DNA of 32,000 nt from Aquabacterium sp. CECT 9606 (GTDB taxonomy: Bacteria; Pseudomonadota; Gammaproteobacteria; Burkholderiales; Burkholderiaceae_C), in assembly GCF_918741295.1 (NCBI RefSeq), contig NZ_CAKKNB010000004.1:513830-545829 (forward strand), written 5' to 3'. The notes below the pieces were generated by a model. It searched no databases and had not been told where the DNA came from. It worked only from the letters and a program-made list of their open reading frames with translations. Positions within the stretch are counted from its first letter, which is position 1, and each line of letters opens with the position of its first letter. The position numbers and the translations under genes were made by a program. Below are positions 1 through 10,410 of the stretch, piece after piece.

Positions 1-1660
1 CCCAAGCCTCCCAGGTTCCCTCGAACTCGGCCAACTTGATGCCGAACAGGGGCGCCATGCCCGAGGTCCAGGTGGTGCGGTCGGGCACGAACTCGTAATC
101 GAAAAAACCCACATGGCCAGCGGCCTGTGCCAGCTCCACCATGTGCTGGCTTTCACGCAGGCGGCGCTCGGCAGTCACCAGGGCCTCTTCGGCGCGCTTG
201 CGTTCGGTGATGTCGGTGTAGGCGCCAATGGCGCCGCGTGGTTGCCCGGCGTGGTCGTACAAGGGCACGGCGTGGGTGATCAGGCGCAGGGTGCGACCGT
301 CCTGGTGCACCACGTCCAGTTCGACGTCGCTGGTCTTGGCGCCAGTCAGCGCGGCGTGCTTGAGGGGTTGCTCGTCAGGCAGCAGTTCTCGTCCCTCTTT
401 GAGGACCAGGTGGGGCGGCAGGTGGCCGCCTTCCAATTCGTTGAACATGGCCGCCAAGGCGGGGTTGCGCAAGACGCTGTTGCAATCCTTGTCCTGGGCG
501 ATGGCCAGTCCAATGGGGCTGTTCTGGAACAGGGTTTCAAACTCATCGGCCTTGGCCTGCAGCCGCTCGCGGGCCAGTTCACGTTGTAATTCCAGTACGC
601 GGAGCGCGCTTTGCAGCAAGGCGAGTTCGCGGACCTCGCTGGGGCGTTGCACAGCTTGTGGCCCACCCACGGCCAACTGCTGCAGCGGTTTGGTCACGCG
701 CCTGGCCACCAACATCGCCAAGGCCAGGCCCGCAGCGAGGGACAACATGCCGGCTCCCAACGCCGTGGCGATCGACCGGGCATGGTTGCGGTCGATGGGG
801 GCGGCGGGTACACCCACGCCAATGCCCCATCCGGCCATGGGGACGCGCTTCCAGGCCACATACACCTCGGTGCTCTTGTCGCCCGCCATTTGCGCTCGTT
901 GAGTCCCAAAGAGCTGGTCACCCATCACTTGCTGCGCGGCCCGTGGAACCGGCTGGCCGACAAAGTGCTGGGGGTCCAGGCTTCGGGCGATGATCTGAAA
1001 GCGCGAGTCAAAAATTGACACGAACCCACCGGGCGCGATGGTCACCCCACTCATCAGCTTTTGCCAGTTGGCCGGCGTGATCCAGGCCCCCAGGGCATAC
1101 TTGACCTTGCCTTGAATGAAAACCGGCACCAACACCCCGGTGGTGCGCTGGCCGTTGGGGCCGTCCATGAGGCTGGTCACCTCGGGTTCGCCGGTGCGGA
1201 TCAGGCGCTCCAGGGCCGACCGGTCGCTGATTTTTTCGAGGGGTTTCCCCAGAGGTTGGCGGGTGTTGAAGACCACATCACCATTGAGTTCGACCAGGTA
1301 GGCGCTGCTCCAGGTGCTGCGCATTTTGGGCAGGGCGGTGAGGGTGGCGAAAAATCCGGCCACATCGTCGCGCTGCAGCGAGTCGGAGTAGGAAAGGATG
1401 GCCAGTGCGTCAATCGACGAAACCATTTCGCGCTCGACCGTGAGCGCGAAGGTGGACGCAGTGCGCAGCAAACTGTCTTCCAGCGCCCGGTTGCCGGCCA
1501 GGGTTTCCTGCACGACCAGGTAACAGGCCAAACCCGACATGGGCACTGTTGCCACGATGATGACCGCGGTGAGGTAGCCGCGCAGCGAGGCCAACGGCCA
1601 GTGGAAAAGGTCGTGTAACTTGCTCAGCCGGGATCGCAGATTTTGCAAGAGAGGGGGCAT
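1..1660 (-). CDS. Sensor protein, N-terminal part (TM, periplasmic Cache-like domain, TM, PAS-like repeats); 3' end runs off the left window edge
   Basis: Absent from the ORF track because it has no stop in the window. My reverse-strand translation from the ATG (complement of 1658-1660) stays open to position 1: MPPLLQNLRSRLSKLHDLFHWPLASLRGYLTAVIIVATVPMSGLACYLV..., then a long soluble segment and a second hydrophobic span (ALGAGMLSLAAGLALAMLVA). PAS-like segments follow, joined by the linker ...YTDITERKRAEEAL.... The listed plus-strand ORFs here (113..589, 228..902, 1061..1618) are shadow frames. Confidence 0.75.
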   Translation of the reverse strand, partial: MPPLLQNLRSRLSKLHDLFHWPLASLRGYLTAVIIVATVPMSGLACYLVVQETLAGNRALEDSLLRTASTFALTVEREMVSSIDALAILSYSDSLQRDDVAGFFATLTALPKMRSTWSSAYLVELNGDVVFNTRQPLGKPLEKISDRSALERLIRTGEPEVTSLMDGPNGQRTTGVLVPVFIQGKVKYALGAWITPANWQKLMSGVTIAPGGFVSIFDSRFQIIARSLDPQHFVGQPVPRAAQQVMGDQLFGTQRAQMAGDKSTEVYVAWKRVPMAGWGIGVGVPAAPIDRNHARSIATALGAGMLSLAAGLALAMLVARRVTKPLQQLAVGGPQAVQRPSEVRELALLQSALRVLELQRELARERLQAKADEFETLFQNSPIGLAIAQDKDCNSVLRNPALAAMFNELEGGHLPPHLVLKEGRELLPDEQPLKHAALTGAKTSDVELDVVHQDGRTLRLITHAVPLYDHAGQPRGAIGAYTDITERKRAEEALVTAERRLRESQHMVELAQAAGHVGFFDYEFVPDRTTWTSGMAPLFGIKLAEFEGTWEAW

Positions 1661-1766
1661 GGGGTTTGCATCAGCCAACACACCGCCATGTTGACACAGG
1701 CCAAATATCCTGACCGGTTGTAGACTGCCATGGATTCCCCGGCGATCGGCGTATCGGAGACAACGC

Positions 1767-4205
1767 TTGAGTGGTTCAGCTGAAAAAAGGTCGTGGCGCT
1801 GGTACGGCGTGGTGCTGGCAGGCGTGTTTGTGGGCATGGGCACTCGGGCCCTTCTGCAACCCTGGCTGGCCGATGCCGTTCCTTTTGTCCTCGCATTCAC
1901 CTCGTTGATCGCGGTGCAGGCCGTGGCCGGGCGAACGGCTGCGATCTGGACAGCCGTGGGCTGCGTGGCGTGGGCCCTCATTCCTGGCCTGAATCCTCAC
2001 CCCAGCCTGCTTCACGTCGCCATCTTCTTTGTGGCCGCCTTGGCGGTGGTCTTCTTCCTGGAGCGGTTCATTGGCGTGAGCCGGCCTGAGTCAATTCTGG
2101 ATGACGCCCCAGGGCGGCCTGAAGACTCCCTGTGGTGGTTGCGGGTTTGGATCGCCATGTCGCTGGTGCTGCCGGTGGTGTTTTTCTGCAGCATTGCCTG
2201 GTACACCCGCAGCCAAGTCTTGCAGGAAGGGCACGCCCGGGTGGAGCGGGCGGCCACCATTGTCCAAGAGCACGCCTCGCGCGTCATCGAAACCAACGGC
2301 GTCATCGTCAATTTCATTTTGAATGAGCTGGGCTCGCAGTCGGCAGCAGAGATTCGCGCCCAGGAAGAGGCATTGCACAGCAAGCTCAAGCAAGCCGCCT
2401 CTGAGGTGAAACAAGTGCGGTCCATCTGGGTCTGGGGGGCCGATGGTACGCCGCTGGTGTCCAACCGACTGTTTCCTGTGCCGCAGAACTTGAATGTCAC
2501 CGACCGGGACTACCTGGCTTTCTGCGACAAGCGCTCCGATGGGTTGTTCATCTCGAACCTGGCCATCGGGCGCACGACGGGCCGCACTTTTTTCAATGTC
2601 AGCCGATGCCGCCGGGCGGAGGATGGCGGCTTGCTGGGGGTGGTGGCGGTGTCCCTGCTGCCGCAGTACTTCACCGACTTCTACCGAAAGCTGGCCGAGT
2701 CCGAGCCAGGCTTGAATGTCTCCTTGATGCGCAACGATGGCACCGTCCTGGCCCGTTATCCGCAAGCAGGCGCCAATGTGCCTCCCGCCGCGATGCTCGA
2801 GTCCACGGACGACGACGCCGGCCTGGTGGTGTCTCTGCGGCGGCTGGAGCCGTACTCGGTGTATGTCGAGGCCTCGATTGACCGACGCACCTTGCTGGCC
2901 GAATGGCAAAGCCGCCTGGCGGTTCTGGCGGCGGCCACGTTCCCGGCTGGATTGGCGCTGGCTTACGTGGCCTCGGTGGCGTTGCGGCGGGCTTCTCGAG
3001 AGCTGAACGCGGTGAGGCGCCTGCAGGAAGAATCGGAGCAAAGACGGCGGGCGGAAGAAGCGCTGCGGCACTCACAAAAACTTGAAGCCTTGGGGCAACT
3101 CACGGGCGGCGTCGCGCACGACTTCAACAACCTGCTGATGGTGGTCAACACCAACGCTTACCTGATCGGGCAGTTGTATCCCAACGTGAAAGAGAGCAAG
3201 CCATTGGGGGCCATCAACCGAGCAGTGACAGCCGGCACGAAGCTCACGCGGCAGCTGCTGGCTTTTTCTCGCCGCCAAGCCCTCCGGCCCGAACACATCT
3301 TGCTGCAAGACACCTTGCTGGCGCTGGCAGATCTGTTCCGAACCACCTTGGGTGGTGCGGTTCAGTTGAGCATCGAGCTCGATCCCGACACCTCTGCGCT
3401 GTTGGTGGACCCGGCGGAGTTGGAGTTGGCCTTGCTGAACCTGGTGATCAACGCGCGAGATGCCATGCCCAGCGGTGGCCAACTGATCATCAGTTCGCGC
3501 AATCTCAGCACCGTTGACCTCGTGGCCGAGGGGTCTTCTCTGAGCGGCCCAGCAGTTGAACTGGTGGTGACCGACACAGGCACAGGCATCCCCGAGGCCA
3601 TCCGCGATCGCATCTTTGAGCCTTTCTTCTCGACCAAGGCGCCGGGCGAGGGCACGGGCCTGGGCCTCAGCCAGGTCTACGGTTTTTGCGTGCAAGCCAA
3701 GGGCGAGGTGCTGGTCCGGTCGAAGCTTGGCGAAGGCACCATGGTGCTGATGAGGTTGCCCGTGGAACGTTTGGCAGAGATCGAAGCCGCACCCGAGACG
3801 CCAGTGGCGACGGTGCCGCCCCTGATGGCCAGGGTGTTGCTTGTCGAAGATAACCCTGAAGTGGCCGAAGCCACCTGCGAGTTGATCCGCATGCTCGGTT
3901 GCCAAGTGACCCACCTGGGCAGTGCCGATGCCGCGCAGCCTTGGCTGTCGGCGCATCACGAGAGCGTGGACCTGATCATCAGCGATGTCATCATGCCAGG
4001 GCAGGCCAGTGGGATCGACCTGGCGGCCATGATCCACCGCGATTACCCGACACTGGCCGTGCTGCTGGTGACGGGCTACACCAAGGAATTGTGCCGCGCC
4101 ATTGAAGAGGGCATCGCCGTGCTGCCCAAGCCCTTTGGCGCCGAGACTTTGCAGCAGGCCATGCAAGGTGCTTTGAACAAGGCCAGCCGGGTGGTCACCT
4201 CATGA
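1767..4205 (+). CDS. Hybrid sensor histidine kinase / response regulator
   Basis: 812-aa ORF with N-terminal hydrophobic spans. Kinase motifs: H-box [12 protein letters not shown]-box [13 protein letters not shown]1 VTDTGTGI, G2 GTGLGLS. C-terminal receiver domain: [10 protein letters not shown]...[11 protein letters not shown]...LPKPF. The track start is a TTG, so the true start is uncertain. Confidence 0.9.
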   Translation: MSGSAEKRSWRWYGVVLAGVFVGMGTRALLQPWLADAVPFVLAFTSLIAVQAVAGRTAAIWTAVGCVAWALIPGLNPHPSLLHVAIFFVAALAVVFFLERFIGVSRPESILDDAPGRPEDSLWWLRVWIAMSLVLPVVFFCSIAWYTRSQVLQEGHARVERAATIVQEHASRVIETNGVIVNFILNELGSQSAAEIRAQEEALHSKLKQAASEVKQVRSIWVWGADGTPLVSNRLFPVPQNLNVTDRDYLAFCDKRSDGLFISNLAIGRTTGRTFFNVSRCRRAEDGGLLGVVAVSLLPQYFTDFYRKLAESEPGLNVSLMRNDGTVLARYPQAGANVPPAAMLESTDDDAGLVVSLRRLEPYSVYVEASIDRRTLLAEWQSRLAVLAAATFPAGLALAYVASVALRRASRELNAVRRLQEESEQRRRAEEALRHSQKLEALGQLTGGVAHDFNNLLMVVNTNAYLIGQLYPNVKESKPLGAINRAVTAGTKLTRQLLAFSRRQALRPEHILLQDTLLALADLFRTTLGGAVQLSIELDPDTSALLVDPAELELALLNLVINARDAMPSGGQLIISSRNLSTVDLVAEGSSLSGPAVELVVTDTGTGIPEAIRDRIFEPFFSTKAPGEGTGLGLSQVYGFCVQAKGEVLVRSKLGEGTMVLMRLPVERLAEIEAAPETPVATVPPLMARVLLVEDNPEVAEATCELIRMLGCQVTHLGSADAAQPWLSAHHESVDLIISDVIMPGQASGIDLAAMIHRDYPTLAVLLVTGYTKELCRAIEEGIAVLPKPFGAETLQQAMQGALNKASRVVTS

Positions 4206-5104
4206 ACAACCAGCTCGACCGGATTGACGCCATCCTTTTGTTCGTGGTGGTGCCAGCAATTGTGCTGGCTTCGCTGATTGAGGCGTGGGTGCTGTCCCGA
4301 CGTGCCCGCTACGACTGGCGGGCTTCGGGCATTTCCTTCATGGATTTGGTGCTGCGCATCCTCATCAACCTGATGGTGCCCTTGGCCTTGTCCACGCCCG
4401 TCACGCAATGGGCGCGCGAGCACCGCCTCACCGATCTCCGCCTGGATGGCTGGCAGACCGTGCTGTTGCTGTTCGTGGGCCAGGAGTTCTGCTATTACTG
4501 GTTTCACCGAGCCGCTCACCGTGTGCGCTGGTTCTGGTGCAACCATTCAGTGCACCACTCGCCCAATGAGCTGAACCTGACGGCCGCAGTGCGCATCGGC
4601 CTGTTCGGCAAGCTCACCGGCACCTTCATTTTCTTCGCGCCCCTGGTCTGGCTGGGTTTTGAACCCAGGCTGGTGGCACAGACCTTGACCTTGAACCTGC
4701 TGTACCAGTTCTGGATCCACGCCACCTGGATCCCCAAGCTTGGCTGGATGGAGTACGTGTTCAACACCCCCTCGGCGCACCGCGTTCACCACGCCAGCAA
4801 TCCCCAGTACCTGGACGCCAATTACGGCGGAGTGCTGATCATCTTTGACCGCCTGTTTGGCACTTATGTGGCCGAGCGCGATGACATCCCCATCCGCTAC
4901 GGCCTGGTCAAACCACAGCGCAGCTACAACCCTTTACGGGTGGAGTTTGACGCCTGGATTGATCTGGGGCGGGACATGCTCAAGGCGCCCAACCTGAGGT
5001 CGGCCTTTCTGCACCTGGTGATGCCGCCAGCTTGGCAGCCACCGGTACCGGTCAGGCCAGTTCCAGCACCGCCATCATCGATCGATACGGCGGCACGCGA
5101 CTGA
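4202..5104 (+). CDS. Fatty acid hydroxylase / sterol desaturase family membrane protein
   Basis: 300-aa ORF with an ATGA start/stop overlap with the kinase gene. Multiple TM spans and histidine boxes (HRAAHRV, HSVHHSP, HRVHH) typical of the di-iron fatty acid hydroxylase superfamily. Confidence 0.8.
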   Translation: MNNQLDRIDAILLFVVVPAIVLASLIEAWVLSRRARYDWRASGISFMDLVLRILINLMVPLALSTPVTQWAREHRLTDLRLDGWQTVLLLFVGQEFCYYWFHRAAHRVRWFWCNHSVHHSPNELNLTAAVRIGLFGKLTGTFIFFAPLVWLGFEPRLVAQTLTLNLLYQFWIHATWIPKLGWMEYVFNTPSAHRVHHASNPQYLDANYGGVLIIFDRLFGTYVAERDDIPIRYGLVKPQRSYNPLRVEFDAWIDLGRDMLKAPNLRSAFLHLVMPPAWQPPVPVRPVPAPPSSIDTAARD

Positions 5105-5248
5105 CCCAGGCTGGGCGCCGTGTCCATCACCTGTTGGAGTGGCCTGCGGGTCAGCGTTTGACAGCAACAATCGGCTTCTTTCCAGAAGCAGCTGCCGAGA
5201 ACGCTTGATGACCCACGACACCCGCCCACGTCGCGCCAGCAGGTTTGC

Positions 5249-7765
5249 ATGAACCTGTGGACGATGACCATGGCCGCCTGGGTGGTGGGTGTGGCGTTTC
5301 AGTTGCAGCAAGCCAGTTTGACTGCGCTGACTTTGGCCCAGGGCGCATGCGCCTTGGCCATGGTGATGGTGTTGGCGAGCGCTTGGCTCGGCCGTGGGCA
5401 CAGGCAGTATCGTGCGGCCTGGCCTTTGTTGTGGGCGGCGTGTACCTTGCTGGCCTGGGGCAGCACCACGTGGCGCGCCCATGAGGTCCTGCAACAAACC
5501 TTGCCGCCATCGTGGCAGGACCAGGACCTGTTGCTGGAAGGCCAGATTCTCGGGATGCCCACCTTGCAGGGCAACAGCCTGAGATTTGATGTGGCGGTGC
5601 GAAGCTTGACGCTCGAAGGCGGCGGTCTGGCTCAAGGCATGCCACGCCGCGTGGCGTTGTATTGGCGCTTGGAGCAGGACGCGCCGCGGCAAGTGCAGGC
5701 TGGCCAGCTCTGGCGTTGGACGGTGCGTCTGCAGCCGCCCGTGCCCACGGGCAACCCCGGTGGCTTCGACGCCGCACTGTGGTTGCTGGACAAAGGTGTG
5801 CGTGCAACGGGTTCGGTCCGCATCAAGAAAGGCCAACGAGCGCAGTTGCTGCAATCGCCCAGCCATTGGTGGTCGGCCGGGGCGGTGGACAGGCTCAGGC
5901 AATCCATCCGCGAAGCCATCCAGCGCCAAGTGCCCGATGTGGGCCAGGCCGGCGTGCTGGCCGGATTGACCGTTGGTGACCAATCTGCCATCGACCGCGA
6001 AGACTGGGACGTCTTCCGAAAAACTTCCATTGCGCATTTGATCAGCATCAGCGGCTTGCACATCGCCATGGTGGGCTGGCTGGGCAGCACATGGCTGGCG
6101 TGGCTGTGGCGGCGCAGTCCGCGCCTCATGCATGTGTGGCCCGCGCCGGCCGTGCAATTGCTTGGTGGCGTGCTGGTGGCCACAGCTTATGCCCTGTTGG
6201 CCGGTTGGGGGGTGCCCGCTCAGCGCACGGTTTGCATGATGGCCGTGTGGGCGCTGTTGAGAATCGGTGGCCGGCCCTGGCCCTGGCCACCGGTCTGGCT
6301 CGCTGCGGCGGTGGTGGTCACTGCGATGGATCCCTGGGCCCTTTGCCAGGCGAGCTTCTGGCTGTCATTTGTCGCGGTGGGCGTGCTCATGTCCAGCGGA
6401 ACGATGGCCTCGGGGCCCAGGCCTGAGGCCGATTCCCTGCCTGGGCGTGCCGCTCGCATGGGCCGCTCCATGGTGCACACGCAGTGGTTGACGACCTTGT
6501 CATTGACACCGTTGGCTGCCGTGTTCTTCCAGCAAGTGTCGGTGGTCGGTTTCGCGGCCAATTTGCTGGCCATCCCAGTGTTCACCGGAGTGATCACGCC
6601 TTTGGCCCTGGGTGGTGTGGTCTGGCCAAAGCTGTGGAGTGCGGCCGCGTGGTGCGTGGCCATGACCGTGAAAGCCCTCGCCTGGATGGCCCACTGGCCA
6701 TGGGCATCCGCGCACGTGCCCATGTTGCCCACCGGCTTGTCGATGCTGGTGGTTCTTGCCGCTGGCGCCCTGGTGCTGCCAGTGCCCTGGCGTTGGCGAC
6801 TGGTGGGCCTGCCAGCCTTGTTGTTGCTGCCGCTTCTGCCCGCTCAGTGGTCGCTGGTGCCTCCGCCAAAGCCTGGCCAGTTCAGCGTGGTGGCTGCGGA
6901 CGTGGGGCAGGGCACGTCGGTGCTGGTGCGCACGGCGCGGCACGCCATGGTGTTCGACGCTGGGCCCAAAGTTGGCGATCAGAGCGACGCTGGCCAGCGC
7001 GTGGTGGTGCCCTTGCTGGTGGCCTTGGGCGTCACCGAGCTCGACGAATTGATCATCAGCCACCGAGACGCCGACCACGTGGGTGGCGCTGCCTCGGTGG
7101 TGCGAGAGGTGCCGGTGAGGTTGTTACGCTCATCCCTGGAGGATGAGCATCCCTTGCGCCAAGCCACGGTAGATGGCGATCCTTTGCACCACCTTCGGTG
7201 CGAAGCCGGGCAGCATTGGCAATGGGACGGCGTCGATTTCACGGTGGTGCATCCCCGCGCAGAAGACTACGCGCGACGTGCTGATCTCTCGCCCAATGCC
7301 CTGTCCTGTGCCGTGCGGATTCAAGCCAAGCCCTTACCCGGGCATGAGGCCCCCAGCGTGTTCCTGGCCGGTGACATCGAAGCCCAACAAGAAGCCGATG
7401 TGGTGGCGCGGGCTCAAGCTTCAGGTGACGCCGCTGCAGCGGAGACGCTGCGCAGCACCGTGCTCATCGTGCCGCACCATGGCAGCAAAACCTCCTCAAC
7501 CGAAGCTTTTCTCAAGGCGGTGCGCCCGACGCAAGCCGTCGTCCAGGTCGGGCGACGCAATGGCTATGGCCACCCTTCGCCGGAGGTTGTTGCGCGCTAT
7601 GACGAGATGGCGGTGGCAAGGGTCGCCGCACCGGCCTGCGGCGCATTTCTGTGGAACAGCAGCGAAGCGCCGCTTGCCCGTGCACAGGCACTCAAGCTGG
7701 ATCCGGCGCAGCACCTTCGCGTGGGCGAATGCTGGCGCCAACGATCCCGGCGCTATTGGGACTGA
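5249..7765 (+). CDS. comEC: DNA internalization-related competence protein ComEC/Rec2
   Basis: 838-aa polytopic ORF. Competence-domain motif IAHLISISGLHIAMV, and a C-terminal metallo-beta-lactamase-like module (VVAADVGQGTSVLV...ISHRDADHVGG...VPHHGS). Confidence 0.85.
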   Translation: MNLWTMTMAAWVVGVAFQLQQASLTALTLAQGACALAMVMVLASAWLGRGHRQYRAAWPLLWAACTLLAWGSTTWRAHEVLQQTLPPSWQDQDLLLEGQILGMPTLQGNSLRFDVAVRSLTLEGGGLAQGMPRRVALYWRLEQDAPRQVQAGQLWRWTVRLQPPVPTGNPGGFDAALWLLDKGVRATGSVRIKKGQRAQLLQSPSHWWSAGAVDRLRQSIREAIQRQVPDVGQAGVLAGLTVGDQSAIDREDWDVFRKTSIAHLISISGLHIAMVGWLGSTWLAWLWRRSPRLMHVWPAPAVQLLGGVLVATAYALLAGWGVPAQRTVCMMAVWALLRIGGRPWPWPPVWLAAAVVVTAMDPWALCQASFWLSFVAVGVLMSSGTMASGPRPEADSLPGRAARMGRSMVHTQWLTTLSLTPLAAVFFQQVSVVGFAANLLAIPVFTGVITPLALGGVVWPKLWSAAAWCVAMTVKALAWMAHWPWASAHVPMLPTGLSMLVVLAAGALVLPVPWRWRLVGLPALLLLPLLPAQWSLVPPPKPGQFSVVAADVGQGTSVLVRTARHAMVFDAGPKVGDQSDAGQRVVVPLLVALGVTELDELIISHRDADHVGGAASVVREVPVRLLRSSLEDEHPLRQATVDGDPLHHLRCEAGQHWQWDGVDFTVVHPRAEDYARRADLSPNALSCAVRIQAKPLPGHEAPSVFLAGDIEAQQEADVVARAQASGDAAAAETLRSTVLIVPHHGSKTSSTEAFLKAVRPTQAVVQVGRRNGYGHPSPEVVARYDEMAVARVAAPACGAFLWNSSEAPLARAQALKLDPAQHLRVGECWRQRSRRYWD

Positions 7766-9060
7766 TAAGCCTCTTCTTCAGGCAAAGGTGAGACTAGCAA
7801 CTTGTCAATGCGCTTGCCGTCCATGTCCACCACCTCGAAGCGCCAGCCATCCCATTCGACGGTGTCGGTGGTTTGCGGCAAGCGGCCCAGCAGCATCATC
7901 ACCATGCCGGCCAGCGTGTTGTAACGGCCGCGGTCCTCGTCTGGCAAGGCCTTGAAGCCCAGCCTGTCCTTGAGTTCCGGCACGGGGATCAGTCCATCGA
8001 CCAGCCACGAGCCGTCCGCGCGTTGTACCGCCCAACTGTTTTCGTCCTGCGGTGTCGTGAACTCGCCGGTGATGGCCTCCAGCACGTCACGCAAGGTGAT
8101 CACGCCCTGCACCTCACCGTATTCGTCCACCACGAACACCATCTGCACGGACGACGCACGGAAGTGGTCCAGCAACTCCATGCCCGACAAGGTTTCGGGC
8201 ACGAACACGGCCGGTTGCAGGCCTTGCGACAGGTCGTTGCTCACGCCCTGTGTGATCTGGTGCAGCAACTGCTGCGCGGTGATCACGCCCACCACATCGT
8301 CCAGGCCACCTCGGCAAACGGGGTAGCGTGAATGCCCGTGCAGCGCGATGATCGCCAGGTTCTGCTTCATGGAAGCTTCCAGGTTCAGCCAGGCGATGTC
8401 GCTGCGCGGAATCATCATCGAACCCACTTGGCGGTCGTCCAGGCGGAACACATTGCGCACCATCTGGTGCTCGTTGGCCTCGATCACGCCAGCGTCCAGG
8501 CCTTCTTCCAGGCTGGCGTTGATCTCTTCTTCGGTCACGCCACGGCCGCCTGTGTCGTGCACGCCCATCAGCTTCAGCAGGCCCTCAGTGCAGATGGTCA
8601 ACAGGTAGACAAAGGGTTTGGTCAGGCGAGACAGCCATTTCATGGGCTGCGCCACCAGGCGGGCCACAGGCTCCGGGTACATCTGGCCCACCCGTTTTGG
8701 CACCAACTCGCCAAAAATGATGGTGATGAAGGTGATGATCATGACCACCAAACCGGTGGCCGTGATGGCGGAAACCTGCTCGCTGAGGTGAAACTGGGCT
8801 TGTAGCCAGACCGACAAACCGCCAGAAAAGGCCGCATCGCCCACGATGCCGTTCAGCACCCCAATGGATGTGATGCCAATTTGCACTGTTGACAGGAATT
8901 GGGTGGGGTTGTCATGCAACTCCATGGCCACCTTGGCGCCGGCATCACCGGTTTCAGCCATCACCTGCAGCCGCGCCTTGCGGCTGGCGGCCAGGGCCAT
9001 CTCTGACATGGCGAACAAGCCGTTGAGAATCGTCAGAAAAATTAAAAGCGCAACGTCCAT
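7753..9060 (-). CDS. Hemolysin-family / CNNM-type protein (DUF21 TM domain, CBS pair, CorC_HlyC C-terminal domain)
   Basis: I trimmed the ORF 7753..9090 to the internal ATG at 9058-9060, giving MDVALLIFLTILNGLFAMSEMALAASRKARLQ, the usual N-terminus of this family. The central CBS-like region and C-terminal transporter-associated region are recognisable by eye. The gene converges on comEC with a 13-nt overlap. Confidence 0.8.
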   Translation of the reverse strand: MDVALLIFLTILNGLFAMSEMALAASRKARLQVMAETGDAGAKVAMELHDNPTQFLSTVQIGITSIGVLNGIVGDAAFSGGLSVWLQAQFHLSEQVSAITATGLVVMIITFITIIFGELVPKRVGQMYPEPVARLVAQPMKWLSRLTKPFVYLLTICTEGLLKLMGVHDTGGRGVTEEEINASLEEGLDAGVIEANEHQMVRNVFRLDDRQVGSMMIPRSDIAWLNLEASMKQNLAIIALHGHSRYPVCRGGLDDVVGVITAQQLLHQITQGVSNDLSQGLQPAVFVPETLSGMELLDHFRASSVQMVFVVDEYGEVQGVITLRDVLEAITGEFTTPQDENSWAVQRADGSWLVDGLIPVPELKDRLGFKALPDEDRGRYNTLAGMVMMLLGRLPQTTDTVEWDGWRFEVVDMDGKRIDKLLVSPLPEEEAYQSQ

Positions 9061-9123
9061 GTGGGGCGCCGGGCATCGCCGGGCCATCAATTTTCACCGC
9101 CGAAGCGTAGCAGAATCGGTGCC

Positions 9124-9948
9124 ATGATCTACATCGTTGGCGACTTGCAAGGCTGTTGCGACCCTCTTGAGCGGTTGCTGGCCACGATTGACTTCTCTCC
9201 CTCGCGGGACCGGCTCTACGTTTTGGGCGACTTGGTGAACCGAGGGCCGGATTCATTGGGGGTGCTCAAACGGCTCCGCAGCCTGGGTGATTCAGCGGTT
9301 TGCCTGCTGGGCAACCACGATCTGCATCTGCTGGCCGTGGCGCACGGTGTGCGCAAACCGCACAGAAACGACACCCTGGACGCCATCTTGTCGGCCCCCG
9401 ACCGCGAAGACTGGCTGCACTGGCTGCGCCACCGTCGAATGGCGGTTTGGGAGCACGGCTGGCTGATGGTGCATGCGGGCGTGGTGCCTCAATGGGATGC
9501 CGCGCAAACGGTGGCCTTGGCCGGTGAGGTTGAAGCGATGCTTCAAAGCCCGGACATTGGCGACTTCCTCAATGTGATGTATGGCGCACAACCCAATCGC
9601 TGGCAAGACGATTTGCAAGGCGCGGATCGCTGGCGTTGCATTGTGAACAGCTTGACGCGCCTGCGCTTTTGCTCCGCCGATGGCACCATGGAATTTGCGA
9701 CGAAGGACGGTGCTGGCGAGGCTCCTGCAGGGTTTGCACCCTGGTTCATGCTGCCGGGGCGACGAACGGCCAATACCCCGGTGGCTTTTGGGCATTGGTC
9801 GACTTTGGGGTTGATCAACACGGACAAGCTGCTGTCGCTGGACACTGGCTGCGTGTGGGGCGGCCAGTTGAGCGCCGTGCGCATTGGCGACAAAGAGCGT
9901 GAGTTGATCCAGATCGACTGCCCGCAGTCGCAAAAGCCTGGCAAATGA
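9124..9948 (+). CDS. apaH: Bis(5'-nucleosyl)-tetraphosphatase, symmetrical (ApaH)
   Basis: Internal ATG at 9124 gives MIYIVGDLQGCCDPLERLL...GDLVNRGPDS...GNHDLHLL, the metallophosphoesterase motifs of ApaH. The 21 codons upstream in the track ORF overlap the divergent gene and look spurious. Confidence 0.9.
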   Translation: MIYIVGDLQGCCDPLERLLATIDFSPSRDRLYVLGDLVNRGPDSLGVLKRLRSLGDSAVCLLGNHDLHLLAVAHGVRKPHRNDTLDAILSAPDREDWLHWLRHRRMAVWEHGWLMVHAGVVPQWDAAQTVALAGEVEAMLQSPDIGDFLNVMYGAQPNRWQDDLQGADRWRCIVNSLTRLRFCSADGTMEFATKDGAGEAPAGFAPWFMLPGRRTANTPVAFGHWSTLGLINTDKLLSLDTGCVWGGQLSAVRIGDKERELIQIDCPQSQKPGK

Positions 9949-9980
9949 AGCCTGGCTTGGCTTACAATGCGGGCCTTCCA

Positions 9981-10070
9981 GGAAGTGTGGCCGAGTGGTT
10001 TAAGGCTCTAGTCTTGAAAACTAGCGTAGGGGCGACCTTACCGTGAGTTCGAATCTCACCGCTTCCGCCA
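9981..10070 (+). tRNA. tRNA-Ser, anticodon TGA (UGA), with long variable arm and encoded CCA
   Basis: GGAAGTG acceptor stem pairs with CGCTTCC (one G-U). D arm is GCC/GGC, anticodon stem CTAGT/ACTAG with loop CTTGAAA, T arm GTGAG-TTCGAAT-CTCAC, then discriminator G and CCA. The long extra arm is typical of a class II tRNA. Confidence 0.9.
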
Positions 10071-10316
10071 GTTCAATGCCTCTTGTAGGCGCGTCTTACG
10101 GTCTTCGCTTAGGCGCTCTGTAATTGCTTCGAGCAGTTCTTGCTCGGGGTCCTCCCCCGCGATTTTTGCCATCACAGCTCGTAGGTCTACTGGGCATGCT
10201 CTGTGGCCATTCTTCCAGTTGCTGAGGAGGGTTCTTTCAACCCCCAGTGATTGCGCCAGCTTGTAATCGCTTCCGGCTATTGCACTGGCTTTCTCAATAA
10301 GCGTATTCAATTGCAT
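10056..10316 (-). CDS. Phage HTH (Cro/CI-type) transcriptional regulator
   Basis: 86 aa with helix-turn-helix DYKLAQSLGVERTLLSNWKNG. The last codons and the stop lie inside the tRNA/att core. Confidence 0.7.
   Translation of the reverse strand: MQLNTLIEKASAIAGSDYKLAQSLGVERTLLSNWKNGHRACPVDLRAVMAKIAGEDPEQELLEAITERLSEDRKTRLQEALNWRKR
10058..10071 (+). repeat. attL core: 14-bp direct repeat ACCGCTTCCGCCAG (3' end of tRNA-Ser)
   Basis: An identical 14-mer recurs at 16871..16884. The sequence between the copies is the prophage. Confidence 0.8.
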
Positions 10317-10345
10317 AACGTATCCATTGTGATAACGTGCTTATG

Positions 10346-10364
10346 CGTATACAAAATGTATACG
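10346..10364. promoter_or_regulatory. Perfect 7-bp inverted repeat CGTATAC-N5-GTATACG upstream of the repressor gene (candidate operator)
   Basis: Read directly from the sequence. It lies in the 94-bp gap between ORF 10411..10683(-) and the repressor start at 10316. Confidence 0.3.
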
Positions 10365-10410
10365 TTAGGCATCTGGAACCATTATGCAACTGTTGGCGGT
10401 TTGTTGGGGA

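Noticed and set aside
2091-4166. Long antisense ORFs inside the high-GC genes (2091..3071-, 3072..4166-, 5075..6157-, 6500..7078-, 22987..23883-, 22500..23222-).
   Set aside because: These are Arg/Gly/His/Pro-rich shadow frames opposite well-supported genes (histidine kinase, ComEC, IS transposase). They have no motifs or RBS.
9061-9123. N-terminal extensions of apaH (start 9061) and of the CNNM/TlyC gene (start 9090).
   Set aside because: The two extensions overlap each other on opposite strands. The canonical family N-termini (MIYIVGDLQGC and MDVALLIFL) begin at the internal ATGs.
10364-10370. GTTAGGC heptamer inside the prophage, and another inside ORF 24085..24417 (24110-24116).
   Set aside because: These are isolated core-like words with no partner GCCTAAC and no L'/L'' structure, so they are probably chance occurrences.
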